Notes: generated from the sequence alone by a model not told the origin. A stretch of DNA of 64,000 nt from Camelus dromedarius (GCF_036321535.1 NC_087448.1:70928001-70992000), one strand, 5' to 3'; shown: positions 22,721 through 60,850, numbered from the stretch's first letter. Translations and numbers: made by a program.

Positions 22721-24622
22721 TCTTTCATACCCTATTGACCGGCAAGGCAGTCACTTAGTATTATGGGCAGGAGTATAAACTGACACTGCTTATCTGAAAA
22801 CAAATCTGGCAGTGTTTATTAAGAGCCTTAAAAATGTTCTTAATCCCTTAATTCCGTTTTGAGGAATCTATTATAAAAAAAATAAGAGATGTGGTATCAG
22901 ATTTAGTGACAAGATGCAGCCTTTTAAAAAAAGATGACTAGTAAGAAATAAATGAGTCATTCAGTGGTGGGGATAATAAGCTCTCAATATGGAACAGTGT
23001 TGTCATTGGAATCATGTCTTCAAGGTAAATAAAAAGGCAGAATGGAGCAGTCCCTCCAAAACAACACCACCACTGCCAAATGGACCCTTTGGTCTGAGAC
23101 CATATTGCCCCCTTTCTGTCTACAACTTAATAAAGCTACTAGATATACCAGTCTCATTTCTGGCTTGACTCTGTTATTTATTCATTTTATAAATACTTGA
23201 GTGTCAACTTTTTGCAAGAGTAGGTATGTACAATATGAAAGTTATTCCAGACAGAGTTCCTGCTGTGAAGAGACTTCTCCTTCAAATTTAACTCCTTTCA
23301 AACTGATTCCAGCCCCAAGCTAAACCACTTACAGCTTTGTGCATCATCGACAGGCTTCTCCCACTGGCTCTGGCAGGACCAAGAGCAGCTGGCCATCACA
23401 GCTGGGGGCAGGCAGACAGCCCAGCAGGAGGAAGAGTGAGGATGGGTTACTTGTGGCCGCACTTTAGAAAGCATTGCTACCCTGTCAAGACTGGAATGAG
23501 AAGGCTGTCATGATGCTGCCTGGAAAGGGTTCCAGTTCACTGGACATCAGATTAGTCCAATGATATTGTGGCTGAAGACAGAGATTAAAAACCTGGAGAA
23601 CAGCAACACTGTTTTAACTTAAATATACACACACAGTAACACAGCATATTAAAACCTATTTACATGAAGTACACTGTACCCCAAGAAAACAGCACAGAAC
23701 TCTGAGACTCCCTTTTCCTGCTCAGAGACACAACCTGGCACGGTCAGCAGCAAGACATCCTTGTAAGTGAATGATGGAGAAGAGGTGGGGTGGGGGGCAG
23801 CCCCCACAATGGGAAAAGCTTACGGAGTGTAATTTTCAGGTTCTGTCAAATCAGTTTGTGCTGGGAGTGCCGCCGATGATGGAAAGGCTGTGAAAACTGC
23901 TTTCCCTAGCATGCTGCTGCTGAAAGGTGTAGCCCCCTACAGAAATTCTGAGTTAGAAATGTGGGCACATCAGATGGGAGACAAAGCAGGGATGCTGGTG
24001 AGGGAAGAGTTCAGACTATCCACAAGAAGTAAAGTGACCAGAAAAAATTAAAAAAAAAAAAATTGAAATCACATCTCACTTTTTTGTGTCCTATGCTCTG
24101 TGTTTTATACAAACTCAAATTAATTAGAACTCCACAATCAGGCCTGGTTTTATAAAACATCTTTCACTGGAGCTCTCAACATGGGTGTGGTTACACACGA
24201 ATAAACTAAATAGAAGCACAAAATGTACAGTAAGTGCTGCAGAACGCTTTGTGACTATCTCATAGGAAATGAATACGACATTTTAAACCATGGTGGACCT
24301 CCACTGAGGCTGAATCCTGGTAAATGAAAACCCCTTTGGACCAAGGGAGCATTTGGAGCTTCGTTTTGGAGTTGGCAGAGGGGTGGAGGGTGACCTGGGA
24401 GGAGGGAGGGCACCAGAGGATTGGCCAGGTGGTGAGCAGGAATGAGGACCTTTAAGAAGGATGCCTCAGAGGCAAACTGAGGTTGTCCAGGTTGCTGGGA
24501 AGTAAACCTGTCATCACGCCCATCTCTTGCCAACGTCTTGCTGAATTAGCCTTTTTTGAGCAAGGTGACCGTGAAATAAGTTCTCCGGGGATTCACAGGG
24601 ATCTCAGGGAGGCCACTGGCCT

Positions 24623-24628
24623 TTTAAT
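24623..24628 (-). terminator. Candidate ATP12A polyadenylation signal (ATTAAA)
   Basis: First AATAAA/ATTAAA hexamer I found on the minus strand after the stop, about 370 nt downstream. Confidence 0.45.
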
Positions 24629-24995
24629 AGGTTGTGGAGGTCTGAGCAACCTTCCCTAGAGTTCAAAGGACAGGGAGACCCCAGCAGATGCCTGGATTCC
24701 TTGAGACTGTTGAACACGGGTGAGCTTTATACACACATAAACACGTCATTCTTCCTTACACCACCACCTTGAAACCCACATATGCTTAAATAAGGAGCTA
24801 GATGTATAAACGAAAATCATATACAAACAGTTAAATCTCTGCGTTACATTACAAAACACCACTGAGTATCTTTTATACAGTTCTGTCCTCTTAAATGCAT
24901 TCTGACGACGTCCCCACGGCAGCACTCGCCCAGCTGGTGGCTGGCAGATGAAGAACCCCCGCGTGAGGCTGGCAGGCTTGGGAAGTAAGGTGGTC

Positions 24996-50012
<25,017 letters not shown>

Positions 50013-50139
50013 GGCGCGGGCGGGGGTCCGGTCGGGCGGGGGTCCGGGCACGCGGCGGGGTCCGGCGGCGTCCGAGGCTGGCGGCGGGGTCCTCGCTCCT
50101 CCGGCCGAGCGCCAGCCCAGCCCGGGAGGCTGCACGGCC

Positions 50140-50145
50140 TTAAAT
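50140..50145 (-). promoter_or_regulatory. TATA-like element (ATTTAA) of ATP12A
   Basis: Only AT-rich hexamer in the GC-rich promoter, about 130 nt upstream of the ATG, next to a GC box; TSS inferred near 50110-50115. Confidence 0.55.
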
Positions 50146-53100
50146 GCGCGGCCCCGCCCCTTCCCGCGCCGCCCGCGCCGGCCGCACCTCCTGCGGCGCC
50201 CGCGGCGCCCGCGGCCCCTGCGGCCTGAGCTCCGGGGGGCGCGGGGTCCCGCGGGCAGTGCAGTCCGGCCGCCCCGACCACCTGCCGCGCGGAGAGCACG
50301 GGAAACCCCCACCCGCTTTGCTCTCTAAAACTTGATTGCTCTCCAGGAAAGAGTTTTTAAAAAGGTGTAAGCAGAGGGGAGGTTGCAGCTGCTAGCAGCA
50401 ACTAACCGCCCTCTAAGGTGTCCCGAAAGTAAAAGGCTCCTGTTGACCGAGAATGGATTTGGGCAGGGAGTGTGTCAGCGTGAATATGGGAATGCCCGGG
50501 ACAGCGCCTCTGAGGAGCGGCTGAATGACTTTTGCAGGGTCCTGAGGACGGAGGGGCTGTGAAGTCAGCGGGCTCTGGGATGAGGCTGCCTGGAGGGCAG
50601 AACCGAAGCTTGGGGCTGCTCTGGGAGGAACACCCCATCCCTCCCGGGATGGAGACCTCCCTCTCCAACCACTGGCCGTCTCCCCTCCTTCCCTCCCCCC
50701 TTCCCTTCTTTTCTTTCCAAAAGGGCAGCATTTGAAGTCACACCCCCCCCCCCAACCGTGGAGCAGGGCAACAGCAGTGAGTCACTCCTTCACTAAGCTA
50801 AGTCACAAGGGAGTGATAGACTCTGGTGACATCTGGCTACAGTTACAGTCACCCGTTCTTTAGAGTTGGAGAAGTTACATTCTAGTCCACACTCAAGCAG
50901 CAGTGTACTTCGGAGGAGTTCTGTGTAAGGATATACAAACTCTGTATGAAACTTTTGTGCCTTTTTGCTGGGAACCAAGAGAAAGGGTTTGCAGGCACAG
51001 AGTGGCTGCTGCTGCTCTGTCTTTTTGGACAGACGTTGGATGAAGAACCAGGACGCCTGGAGAGAGGCCCCTGGGCTCCAGTCCAGTTCAAGCTTGCAGA
51101 GCAAACCCAGTGCACTGTCTTGATTAGGGGACAGGAGAGAGGGAGTTGAGGAGAGGAGTGGGCTAACGGACAGGAGATGGCACAGTTTTAAACATTAGTA
51201 AGACATAGCAACCCCCTTGGAGAAGATTGCTGTTAACCTTGTTGGTGTCAAGTTTGGAAAAATCTCAGTTGTCCTGCACTGTTTGGCCCTGCAGAGATCC
51301 TGGCTTCTGCCAGGTGCCAGTTTCAGCTGCTGCTGCTGTGGCCCTGCTGCCCTGGGGGCAGCCTCGGATGCCATCAGGTGTCCTGGGTGCAACTTCTGCC
51401 ACTCCCCCCACACCCACCCTAACTCCAGAATTATTGCTTTCCACCACCAGTCATCCTGCAGCAGAGTCCCAGATCCCAGTGCTCCTCATTGAGAATGGCC
51501 TCCAGGTATCTGTGAAGCAGGCACCTGGGTTGGTCCTTACCTGATAGAAGTGCAAACTGGATTTCCCTCGGAAACATTGACCCACCTCTTGTAGGCCCCA
51601 GGGGCTCTCTCCTGTGCTGTTCTGGGCAGGGACCCTGATCTCCACCCAGTTCTGGTGACCTCTCTTGGGCTGGCTGGAAAGGCCAAGGTACAAACCGGAC
51701 ACCTCCCCTGCCTGAGACTGCAGTAGCAGCTTCTATGGAAGCTGGATTTTCCCATCTTTGAAAAGAAGCTTAGCCATGCTGTCTCTGCTAGGACTGCTCT
51801 AAGTGACAGATGCTACATGTTCGATAGGCTGTCATCATATATGTAACTATTCCTAGCTCATATTAATCAATTAAAACACTTTGTGTATTTGAAACTGCAC
51901 TAGACATAGGGGTGGTAGGGAGAAATGGCACCAAAATTGTGTCAGAGGAAGGTACACTTGAGTTAAAGAGGCAAAATTAATAAGTAAATGATAGTAAATG
52001 ACCCAAGACAGAATGGAATTTATCAGTAAGTGGTACAGACTCTAAGTGCTTTCAGAGGTGAAAGGAAAGATGGGGAGAGATGTTAACACTTAGAATTCAT
52101 CATCTAGATTTGTTTCCATCCCTTAGTGGCCTCCGTGAAAGGTGGGCGTTGGGCCTGTGCTTGTCAGTTACTCCTCCCGGTGCCTGAGCGGCCCCTCCTG
52201 CTGCAGCCCCTCGGTGACAGGTTATCCACAGCAGGCTCCCCAGGCAGACGTGAGGGTGTCAAGTCGGAGAAGAGGATCTAGGCAACAGTGGGAAGAGGAA
52301 GATTCACCTCCTGCCTCACAGCCCCCGCCCTTCCTCTTCGCTCCTCTCCGCACATGCCATCCCACACACCTGTATTGCTCATCCTACCAGGTTATGACGA
52401 GGCAGCATTTCTCCATCCGTGAGGGCCCCTCCAGGGAGTTGCAGGCAGAATGAAAAACAAAAACAAAACAGTGCTTCAGTCAAGCACGCCTCTGCACTGT
52501 TTCCTCATTTCTTCATTCACAGGGGCGTCTGGACATCCCGTGGAGAGGAATCTGGCTTCCAGAAACCAGCACCTGCACCTGCTGACGCCCTGCCTGCTGG
52601 AGCCCGGGGCCAGGTGGGCTGGCGCGTCCAGGGATTGCAGGGGCTCAGGTGGGCCCCAGGGCGGCCACAGGTGTGTTTCCTTTTCCCCAAAGGTTAGCGC
52701 ACGGCCGCCTTTGTTCTCTGTGACTTATTTTGGGTAATAAGATCCTTTTTCAGAAAATTAGTTTTCCAGGTAATAAGTGATTGAAAAATATTGATTGCAT
52801 TCTGAGGTCTTTGATTTTTGTTTTTTAATCTTAGGGCGAAAAGAGATTTTTCCCCACTGGAGTCACCCTCAGCTTTATCATGGATGGGTGCACGTGTAAT
52901 GTGTGACCCACGACATGGAAGCTTCCTTCACACAAATGTGTTTGGTTGACTTTGCAGGAGTCTGTCCCTTCTCCTGAGCGAGCTGATACCCTCCTAGTCA
53001 CCAGCTCCCACGGCCTTCAGAGTCGGGGAGCCAAGTGCAGACACTCGGATTTGTATTTACTCCTGAAGTGTTTATGGGAGACTGCAATCTGAATGTGGCA

Positions 53101-54960
53101 GTGCCCTGGCCCTTCGTCTGGCAGAGCTCCCCTGGTGGAGGAGGTGATGCATCACCCAGGTTAGAGCACCGACACAGACAGGAGAGGTGCCTGCCCTGGG
53201 CCGGTGGGCAGGCACATTTCCAAACAGCCGAGGAAGAAGTGCGCTCGGGGCAGGGAAGGCGGGCGCTTCCCTGGGTGTGTCGGGTGCAGGTGCGTTTGGA
53301 GGGCGGGGTAACCGGGCACAAGCAGGAGGAGAGAGGAGGGCACCGGCTCCTGCAGAGACATGGCCCAGGGCGTTTCGGGGGGGGGGGGGGAGCCCGGGGC
53401 TGGCAGGATGGTCCTCTCAGGGAGTAGCAGGAGGTCCAGGGTCAAGGTGGGCTGTGCGGGGACAGGGCTTCATCCCTCCATGGGCTGAGGGAGCCCTTGA
53501 GGATGAGAGTGTCATAAAAGAAACAGCATCTTGGGGAGATGAGAGGTTCTGGAGCAGAAGCTGAGGCTTACCTCACCGTGAGGCTTGCAGCTGTCCCAGC
53601 GTGGATTTGAACCAAGCTCCCTTCTTGCTGGGCGCTTGTAAGCCCGCAGAGCGCCAGCGAGGTGTTGTGCATGTGCTTTAGCAGCCAGCGCCCTGAGCAT
53701 GTCTAGTCCCTGAGCTGCTATTAATTTGGATACAATTTATTTGTTCTCTTAAGAGCCTTTGAAATGAAACAAGGAAAGGAAGGGCAAACAATGGTCACCT
53801 AATCTGATTTAGAGGAGTTTCTAGGCTCCTTGCTGTGTGCCCCCACATATGTACATGTACCCTGTGTTTCCAGGGTGAACAGAGCTGTTCTGAGAGCTGT
53901 GGTGTGTGTGTGGGGGAGCCCTAAGAGACACAGTCCACCTCATCCTTCATCTGCAAGGATCAGCTTCTGTCTGCAATAGTGATGAGGGGCTGTCCTCCTT
54001 GACAATGATCCAGATTAACCAAAACAGCGTTTGGCCTCTTCCCAGGGATGTTAGTAGAACAGTGCTCAACCCCCAGTTTCACGCCTGGCCTGTCCCTGTG
54101 AGACACCAGGTGCAGTTTTGGGGTGAGAGGAAGGACCTGGTCCTCGTGGAGTCAGTGTTCCCTGTAAGGCAGGCACATGTAACAGCACTTCACTATCTCG
54201 GCCATCTCTTCTCTCTGATGTACTTTAAATAATTGTCTGTGATGACCAACATCTTAGGTCAACATGAAGTAGGTTTGTCTAACTCTATGGACATATCTGT
54301 CCTGGGATCAGCACTTCAAAATTCCAAAAATTTACTCTAGAAGCAAATGGGGAAGAAAAAAGAGAAAGAGAGGGAACACAGCCCAAATCCCTGGTCTCCT
54401 TCACAGCAGGGCCCGAGTTAGCTCTTGTTGATCCAGAAAGGGTGCCGCAGTGGGCCTTTCAGCACCCAGCCCAGGGTTCAGACCATGGCTAGAGAGGAGG
54501 CATTTTGTACATAAACCGAGGAAATAAAAACCAGTCAAGGAACTGAAAAGCTGTCTTCAAGGGACAATCAGTAGAAAACCATCGGCTGCTTGGCTACATG
54601 TTCTCCTGGTAAGTACTCCGAAGAGGTGAGTGGGTAGTTGAGGTTCTGAGGTTGTATCTGCTGTGGCCCATGGGGGCGGGAAGGGGTCAGACCTGCCCAG
54701 CCAAGTGCTCTGGGGCCCCAGGAGAAGCGAGGAGGCAGGAGGAACGAGGCAGGTTCACAGAGGTCCTCCTGTGCGGCCAGCGTGTCCCCGGGGAAACAGC
54801 CGGGGCAGCTGGGGCAGCCTCTGTTGACACACCGGCCACCAGCATCACAGCCTGGGAAGCATCTCGATGGGGCTGGCTGCCCCTCAGGCCAGCTGCACCA
54901 GCTTCCAGCCTTCTTAGACCTGGCTCTGACCTCTCTCCTCTGTCTCTCCTCCCTCCCTCC

Positions 54961-55120
54961 CAGGGTTGTCAGATAAGATACAGGCTCCTGCTAGAGCTGC
55001 ATTTCGGAGAAACAGTGAATAATTTCTTAGTATGTCTCACATATCACATATGATATACTTATACTAAAAAAGTAACTATTCATTGTTTAGCCAAAATGCA
55101 AATTTCACTGCATGCTATTT
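54961..55120. mobile_element. MER53-like palindromic hAT MITE
   Basis: cagggttgtcagataagatacagg...atacttatactaaaaaag...aaatgcaaattt. Confidence 0.7.
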
Positions 55121-55868
55121 GTTAACATGGTCAGCCTTGCTCCCTCTAGGTGCCTGGGGGTCCTTTACTGCTTGTCAGCAGACACATCTGGGGACACCAG
55201 CCCACGCTCTATGGGTCTTCTCATTGCTAGGCCAAAGATGAAAAGAAAAACACACTCAACTTTCTCTTCCTGCTGTGCCAGTTCCTCCCAAGAGCCGGGT
55301 TTGTCTTAAGATGGACAGCGTGAATGAGCGTGGAAGAAAGTTTTTTTTTAAATCAATTATTTCTTCAGCCAGAAAATTCTTACACTGTGTGGAAGTCACA
55401 GTCCTGGATCTGAGACGAGCACTGAGGGATTGTCTGTTTCAGAGGCAACCAGCAGAGGGGGCACATTCCACAACGAGTCAGGGTCCCTGGGTGAGAGGAT
55501 CACCTTCACGGCCACCTGTGGTCACTCAGGCACCAAGAATTCATAGAGTACCCGCAGGCACGGCTACCTCGTGCCAAATACTTCATCTCTGACTGAGCAA
55601 AGGACAACTTGGTAGGAGACAAGCCCCAAACAAACCAGTGAAAAAAGAAACAACAGCAAAAAATCTCCAGTGATAATTACCACAGGAGGCAGTGAACTGC
55701 AGCGTTTCTTCAGGACAAACGAGCTGCGGAAGCTTCCCTCCTCCTCGGGCTGGACGGGGTCTGGAGACACCGCGTCCACCTCGAGACTCGCGGTCTCCCT
55801 GAGGCGGGCGTTCTCCAGGAGCAGCCCGCCTCCTGCTCTACCTCCTCCGGATGTTGCCGCCATCACAC

Positions 55869-56380
55869 TGCGGCGCAGAATCAGCCTCCCCAAATACGTC
55901 TCTTTGGGATGTTAATTGCTTTAAGCTGTCTGTCTCCTGAGACACAGCAGAGATGGGAAAAACTCTGAAAACCAGGTGGGAGTCACTGTTTTGTAAGAAG
56001 CATTTACGTTTGTAAGGGAAACTTCCTCTTGTAAGGGTGTCTCCCGCCTTGTACCAGGAAGAGGAGGATGACCAAATCTAGAAAGGTGTCAGTGGGGAGG
56101 ACAAAGGCTTGAAAATGTCTAACAACCTCACCCTTGTTTTGTGTGCTTTTCTGGGTCACTGACTCCCCACCCTCAACGTCCTCTCTGGTCCTTGGCTGAG
56201 TATGGTATTTGAGGCGAGGGCTTCGTCCATTTTGGAGGCTTGCTCAGTGCTCCTGGGTCTTCCGTGTGCACGTGTTGTTAGGCTTTTGTTTGATTTTCTC
56301 CTGTTAGTCGTTCTCCTGTCACCTTGATTCTGGATCAGCCAGAAGAACCTAGAAGGCTGGAGGAAGACTTCTCAACGGCA
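55869..56380 (+). mobile_element. Solo ERV1 LTR, MER34/MER39-like
   Basis: Start tg...cagaatcagcctccccaaatacgtctctttgg and end ttttctcctgttag...gaacctagaagg...ca resemble MER34-group termini; no TSD recognisable. Confidence 0.65.
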
Positions 56381-56624
56381 GTCTTGGCCTGGCGGTCCCG
56401 CATGGCTTCGCCTCGTTTGTCTCCTCGCCAGGGAAGCGAGCTCTCTGCTGCTGAGCCACGGACCTTCTCCAGGGTCTCAGACACAGCTGTGGGGCCTGGC
56501 GTGGAGCAGGGGCCTCCAAGTCTCAATTCTCTTGGAGAAATGAAAGACGACTGTGAAAATATCATTTTAAAAGATCACACAATCTCACTTTATCACCCTT
56601 GATTTTATTTTGATTTCTTTCTTT

Positions 56625-56721
56625 CTTTTTAAAAATCTTTTTCACATGGAGGAACTGGGAATCAAACCAGGTGCCTTGAGCATGCTCAGCATGCTCTCCA
56701 CCAACTGAGCCCCACCTCACC
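56625..56721 (-). mobile_element. Diverged Vic-1-type SINE
   Basis: Minus strand gggctcagttggtggagagcatgctgagcatgctcaaggcacctggtttgattcccagttcctcc + A-rich tail. Confidence 0.7.
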
Positions 56722-57037
56722 CTCGACTTTAGTAACTGACTCTTGCAATTAAGAAAACCTTTCTTATAAACTCCTTAAAAAACTCATTTTGCAGTTGTTT
56801 ATTTCTAGATATAAGGGAGCCCCGATGTAACAGGAAAAAATTCATTGTTTTGTGAAACCTAAAACATAAAAGTAGGTATTTCTTCCCAGCTTGAGAGAGA
56901 AACTTGATGATCTCTTCATAAATAGTGCTGAGCTGAGCCTGCAGCCCTGAGTCCTACCGCTCCCGTTTGCTGGCTGCATTTGTTGGACAAGATGTCTAAC
57001 ATTCCTATGATGGCAGACAGTGTCGGAGTTGAGTAGG

Positions 57038-57260
57038 TCAGTGGTTCCCAAACCTGGCTGATCACAGAATCTCCTGGGAGCTTGAAAACCTCCCTGGACC
57101 CCACACCCACGTAAGTCCAGGGTAAGTCCTGCGGGCCTCCCAGGTGATTCTCCTGAACCAGTGGGCTTGAGATGATGTCTGGACACCAGAGAGTGATGTC
57201 AGTGGTCTGGTGTGAGCAGAGGTTGGACGGCTTCCCCAGGTGATGCTGGTATACAGCCAA
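57038..57260. mobile_element. MER5-like hAT-Charlie element
   Basis: cagtggttcccaaacctggctgatcacagaatctcctgggagctt...ctcccaggtgattct. Confidence 0.6.
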
Positions 57261-58744
57261 GGTCAAGGGCCCTGGCTCTTTAAGGTCCCTTTGATTCTAA
57301 CACTTCACGGTCTGAGAACCTTTCTATTGCCTTTGTAAGTACTTATGGGGCAGTTTTATCGCATTTAATTAAAATGGGTGTTAGACTCTTGCAGCTCAGA
57401 TTTGCGTATTGAAGGGCAAGTGTCTCATAGCCACCTCCTGGCAAAGGGCTGCCCCTGTTCACAGAAGGAAGGGGTGTGGAGTGCGGGCGAGTTGGCACAA
57501 GCCAGCTGCCCCTCTGCAGGGTGGCCAGATGTGCACGCATTGCAGCCTTGTGCCGGCTCTGGCTGTGTGTCTGTGACACTGCGTAGAGCTTTTCATATGC
57601 AGGGATGTGGGTTCATTCTACAAACAACAATGAATTGTGATGACCCCAAAGTACCCACATTTCAGCTTATTTCTATATTTCTAAATGTAACTGATGTGTG
57701 TGTTTACACAGGGCAGAGGAACCCATTGCAAGCATGAGAGGGCTTCCAGCCTGAGCCTAGATTGTGTCTAAATTTAGGACCTGCCTGGGCATGCCTGGCT
57801 CACTGCAGAGCAGGCTGGATGGAGGGTGGAAGTGCCTCCGTTCAGAAAGTAGGACAAGGCACACAAATGTGGGTCCAGCACAGAAACTTCAGTCACTGGA
57901 AAGCCTGTGTGCACTGTCATTCCCTTTGGTCTCACGGTCCAGCTCACAGATGAACGAGGGTGGTGAGTCTGCTTCACGGACTCTGTAAACGCGGAGGTTC
58001 AGCCCCTGCGGGCCGTGAGCACAGACAGTGGCAATGCCTCGTGGAGACTGTGGTTCAGCAGGAACTTGCAGGAAGTGGAGACAAACCCTGGGGTCTGGTG
58101 GACAGAGAGCTGGCTTAGAATGACCAGGGCTGGAGCTGGGGAAGGCAAGGAGGGACTTGACCTCTCCTGGCATCCCAGGCTCCTGGAGGGCTTTGGGTTG
58201 GAGAGGAACGAGGGCTGACAGAACACGGCTCACATCCTGATGCCCAGAGACCCAGCCAGGGACCTGGGCACCTGTGGTCTTTTCAGGAGATTGTCCAACT
58301 CAGTTCAGCAAATGCCAGGCTTTGTCGCTTGTTCCCCATGCCTCAGTAGTAGAGTGTGTGTCGGAGCTGGTCCGTCTGCAGGGGACACAGGTCTCCTGCC
58401 GCGGGCGAGTGAGTGGAAGTGCCATTAGCTGGGCCGCGACAGGCTGTTGGATCTCCAGTATGCCTGCCCCTTCCCGCGGGGTGGCTGTGGACACGTGGTG
58501 ACCCAGAGGCACCTTTCTTCCCCCTCTTTCCCTCGCTGCATGGCGGGGAAGGGGCTGGGGTTGGGCTCAGATCAGGGGAGCCAGACCCTGGGCTGTGCTG
58601 TGGAGCCTGTGCCTTTCCACGGGGCTCAGTGATGCTGCCATGAAAGGCCTGCCACATGGAAGCCAGAAAGCTGTTCTCAGTTCACCCACCCCATCTTGCT
58701 TCTGAGGTAACTTTTCAGCTCCTAGAAAATTCTGACTGGAGCTC

Positions 58745-59157
58745 TGTGGTTTCATGTGTCAGCTTGGTTAGGCCATGCTGCCCAGATTTTGGTCAAACAC
58801 CAGTATAGATGTTGCTGTGAAGGTATGTTTCAAAGATGTGATTGACAGTTAACTCAGTGCCCTTGGAGTAAAGTAGATTACCTCCCATAATGTGGGTGGG
58901 CCTCATTCAATCAGTTGAAGGACTTAACGCATGAACAGACTGAGGTCCCTCAAGGAGGAGGGGATTCTGCCTCCAGACAGCCTTTGGACTCCAGCTGCCA
59001 CACCAGCTCTTCTCTGCATCTCCAGCCTGCTGGCCTGTCCTGCAGATTTTCTACTTGCCTGCTCCCACAATTGTGTGAGCAATTTCCTTGAAATAAATCT
59101 CTCCCTATTTAAACATCCTATTGGTTCTGTGTCTCTGGGGAATCCTGAGCTAATGCA
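58745..59157 (+). mobile_element. Solo ERVL LTR (MLT2-like)
   Basis: tgtggtttcatgtgtcagcttgg...aatgtgggtgggcctcattcaatcagttgaagg...aataaatctc...tcctattggttctgt...ctaatgca. Confidence 0.85.
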
Positions 59158-60850
59158 AACTCCTTAAGTTCATCAGACCAGCAAACCTCACAGAGAACTT
59201 TTAGCACATAGAAAAGAAATCAAATGTCAAAGGCAGTTTCAATCATTTGCCTGTACCCTAAAGGAGGCTTGTGTGATCAGTTGCCTTTTAGAAGGAGGTT
59301 TACAGGAAAAAGCAACTGATGCTGTGTATGTTGTGTAACCAGTTACTATCATCACCTGCTCCAGTTTCATAAGCCCTGTTCTAGAACCAGATCTCCTTGT
59401 GGTTTGTTCTGAGGTCATTTTACTAACCGTGGGATGTCGGGGTAGCAGCAGGGAGGCTGACAATGAATAGTCAGCCGCAGGGGAGGGAAGCACGGAGCAG
59501 AGCCTCTGGCCTTGAACGATTCAAGAGCCTGCAATGAAGTGACTTGAATTCTTAGTTTTCCTGAGAACTCGTAGAGGCCAAGCTACTTCTGCTAAATTTT
59601 ATCTTGGTTACAAGCTCTGTTTTCAAAGGCAGCTTGTAAACTGTTTCTATAAAAGAAAAGGCAATAGGGCATTCAGGACCTTTCTGGTGGATTTGACCAG
59701 TACAGACATCAAGTCTGCAGCTGACAGGATCACCCAGATTTGGAGGTTTGGGAAAGATCCAACCAATTTCCCAAACACCCTTGTTTTCTTGGCCCCTTTG
59801 GTCTCAGCCACGTAGACTCAGATTACGCAGCTCTGACGATTAATCCTGAGACGGGGATACGCAGAAAGGTGATTTCCTGAGGATTCTGTTTATCCGTGGT
59901 TCCCCAAACGTGTGCCGTGGAATCTCAGTCCTGCAACACGGTCTCAAGGGCAAACACATTCACCAGTGTTTTGTGTGGTGCACTTTTCATCCATGGAGAG
60001 TTACTATGCTGTTAGCATATACATGTGCTAGGACACCGCTAACCTCCATCAGAGGGGCATTTCCTGGGATAGAAAACCTAATTTTATAGGGTCCTGGTAA
60101 ATCAGAAGGAAGAGGCTGATTTGCCCAAGCACAGTTAACAGCAGTAAGTACACCGTCACCAAACTCAGACTTGAACCCTGCGTCATGGGAACACGTCCTT
60201 CCTTCCCTTCCCAAGTCTGAGAACTTCACGGACCCAGCTGGCTCCTGGAGCTCTCTGGGGACTTCGTCCCACGTACAAGCATGGAAGCTGAGGTAAGACC
60301 CTCCTTTCACCTCTGCCAGGTGCCGAGCAGGGCAGGTGTTGTGCAGCATCTACAATGGGATTGGTGATTTGGAGGGTATGAAGCAGTGATAGGAATGGTT
60401 TTATTCAAAAGCCTTAAAAATAACTTGCATAAATATGTCCACAGTAGTAGATTTCTGAATGGCAAATATTTGGAGCTATTCAAATGGCAAAAAAGGGGCC
60501 ACGACTTAACATTATAGCATGTTATACCACAAATGAATATTGTGAATTAATTGGAAAAAATGACTATCATGTAGAAAATGTCAATAAAAGGAGATGCCTA
60601 AATGAAATAAAATTAGATAAAAATAGCAGAAAATAAGTTATGTGCACACTGATTACATTGTATGGAATTATATGTATGAATGTTAGCAAATCTGAGAGAA
60701 TTTGAATGAGGTTGGTAGTGTAGGATTTAATATTCATTGGGTTCTTTTTCACACAACTGCTCAAGTTCCTGTAAGACAGCAGGCTGTCCCCCGGGTCTGT
60801 GACTTGGGGCCACCATGTCTCACGCCTGGGGCTTGGTGAGGACAAGCCCA

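Noticed and set aside
53377-53390. G14 run (also C13 at 8146-8158 and C11 at 50743-50753) as G-quadruplex elements
   Set aside because: Homopolymer lengths are unreliable in assemblies and there is no independent evidence of function
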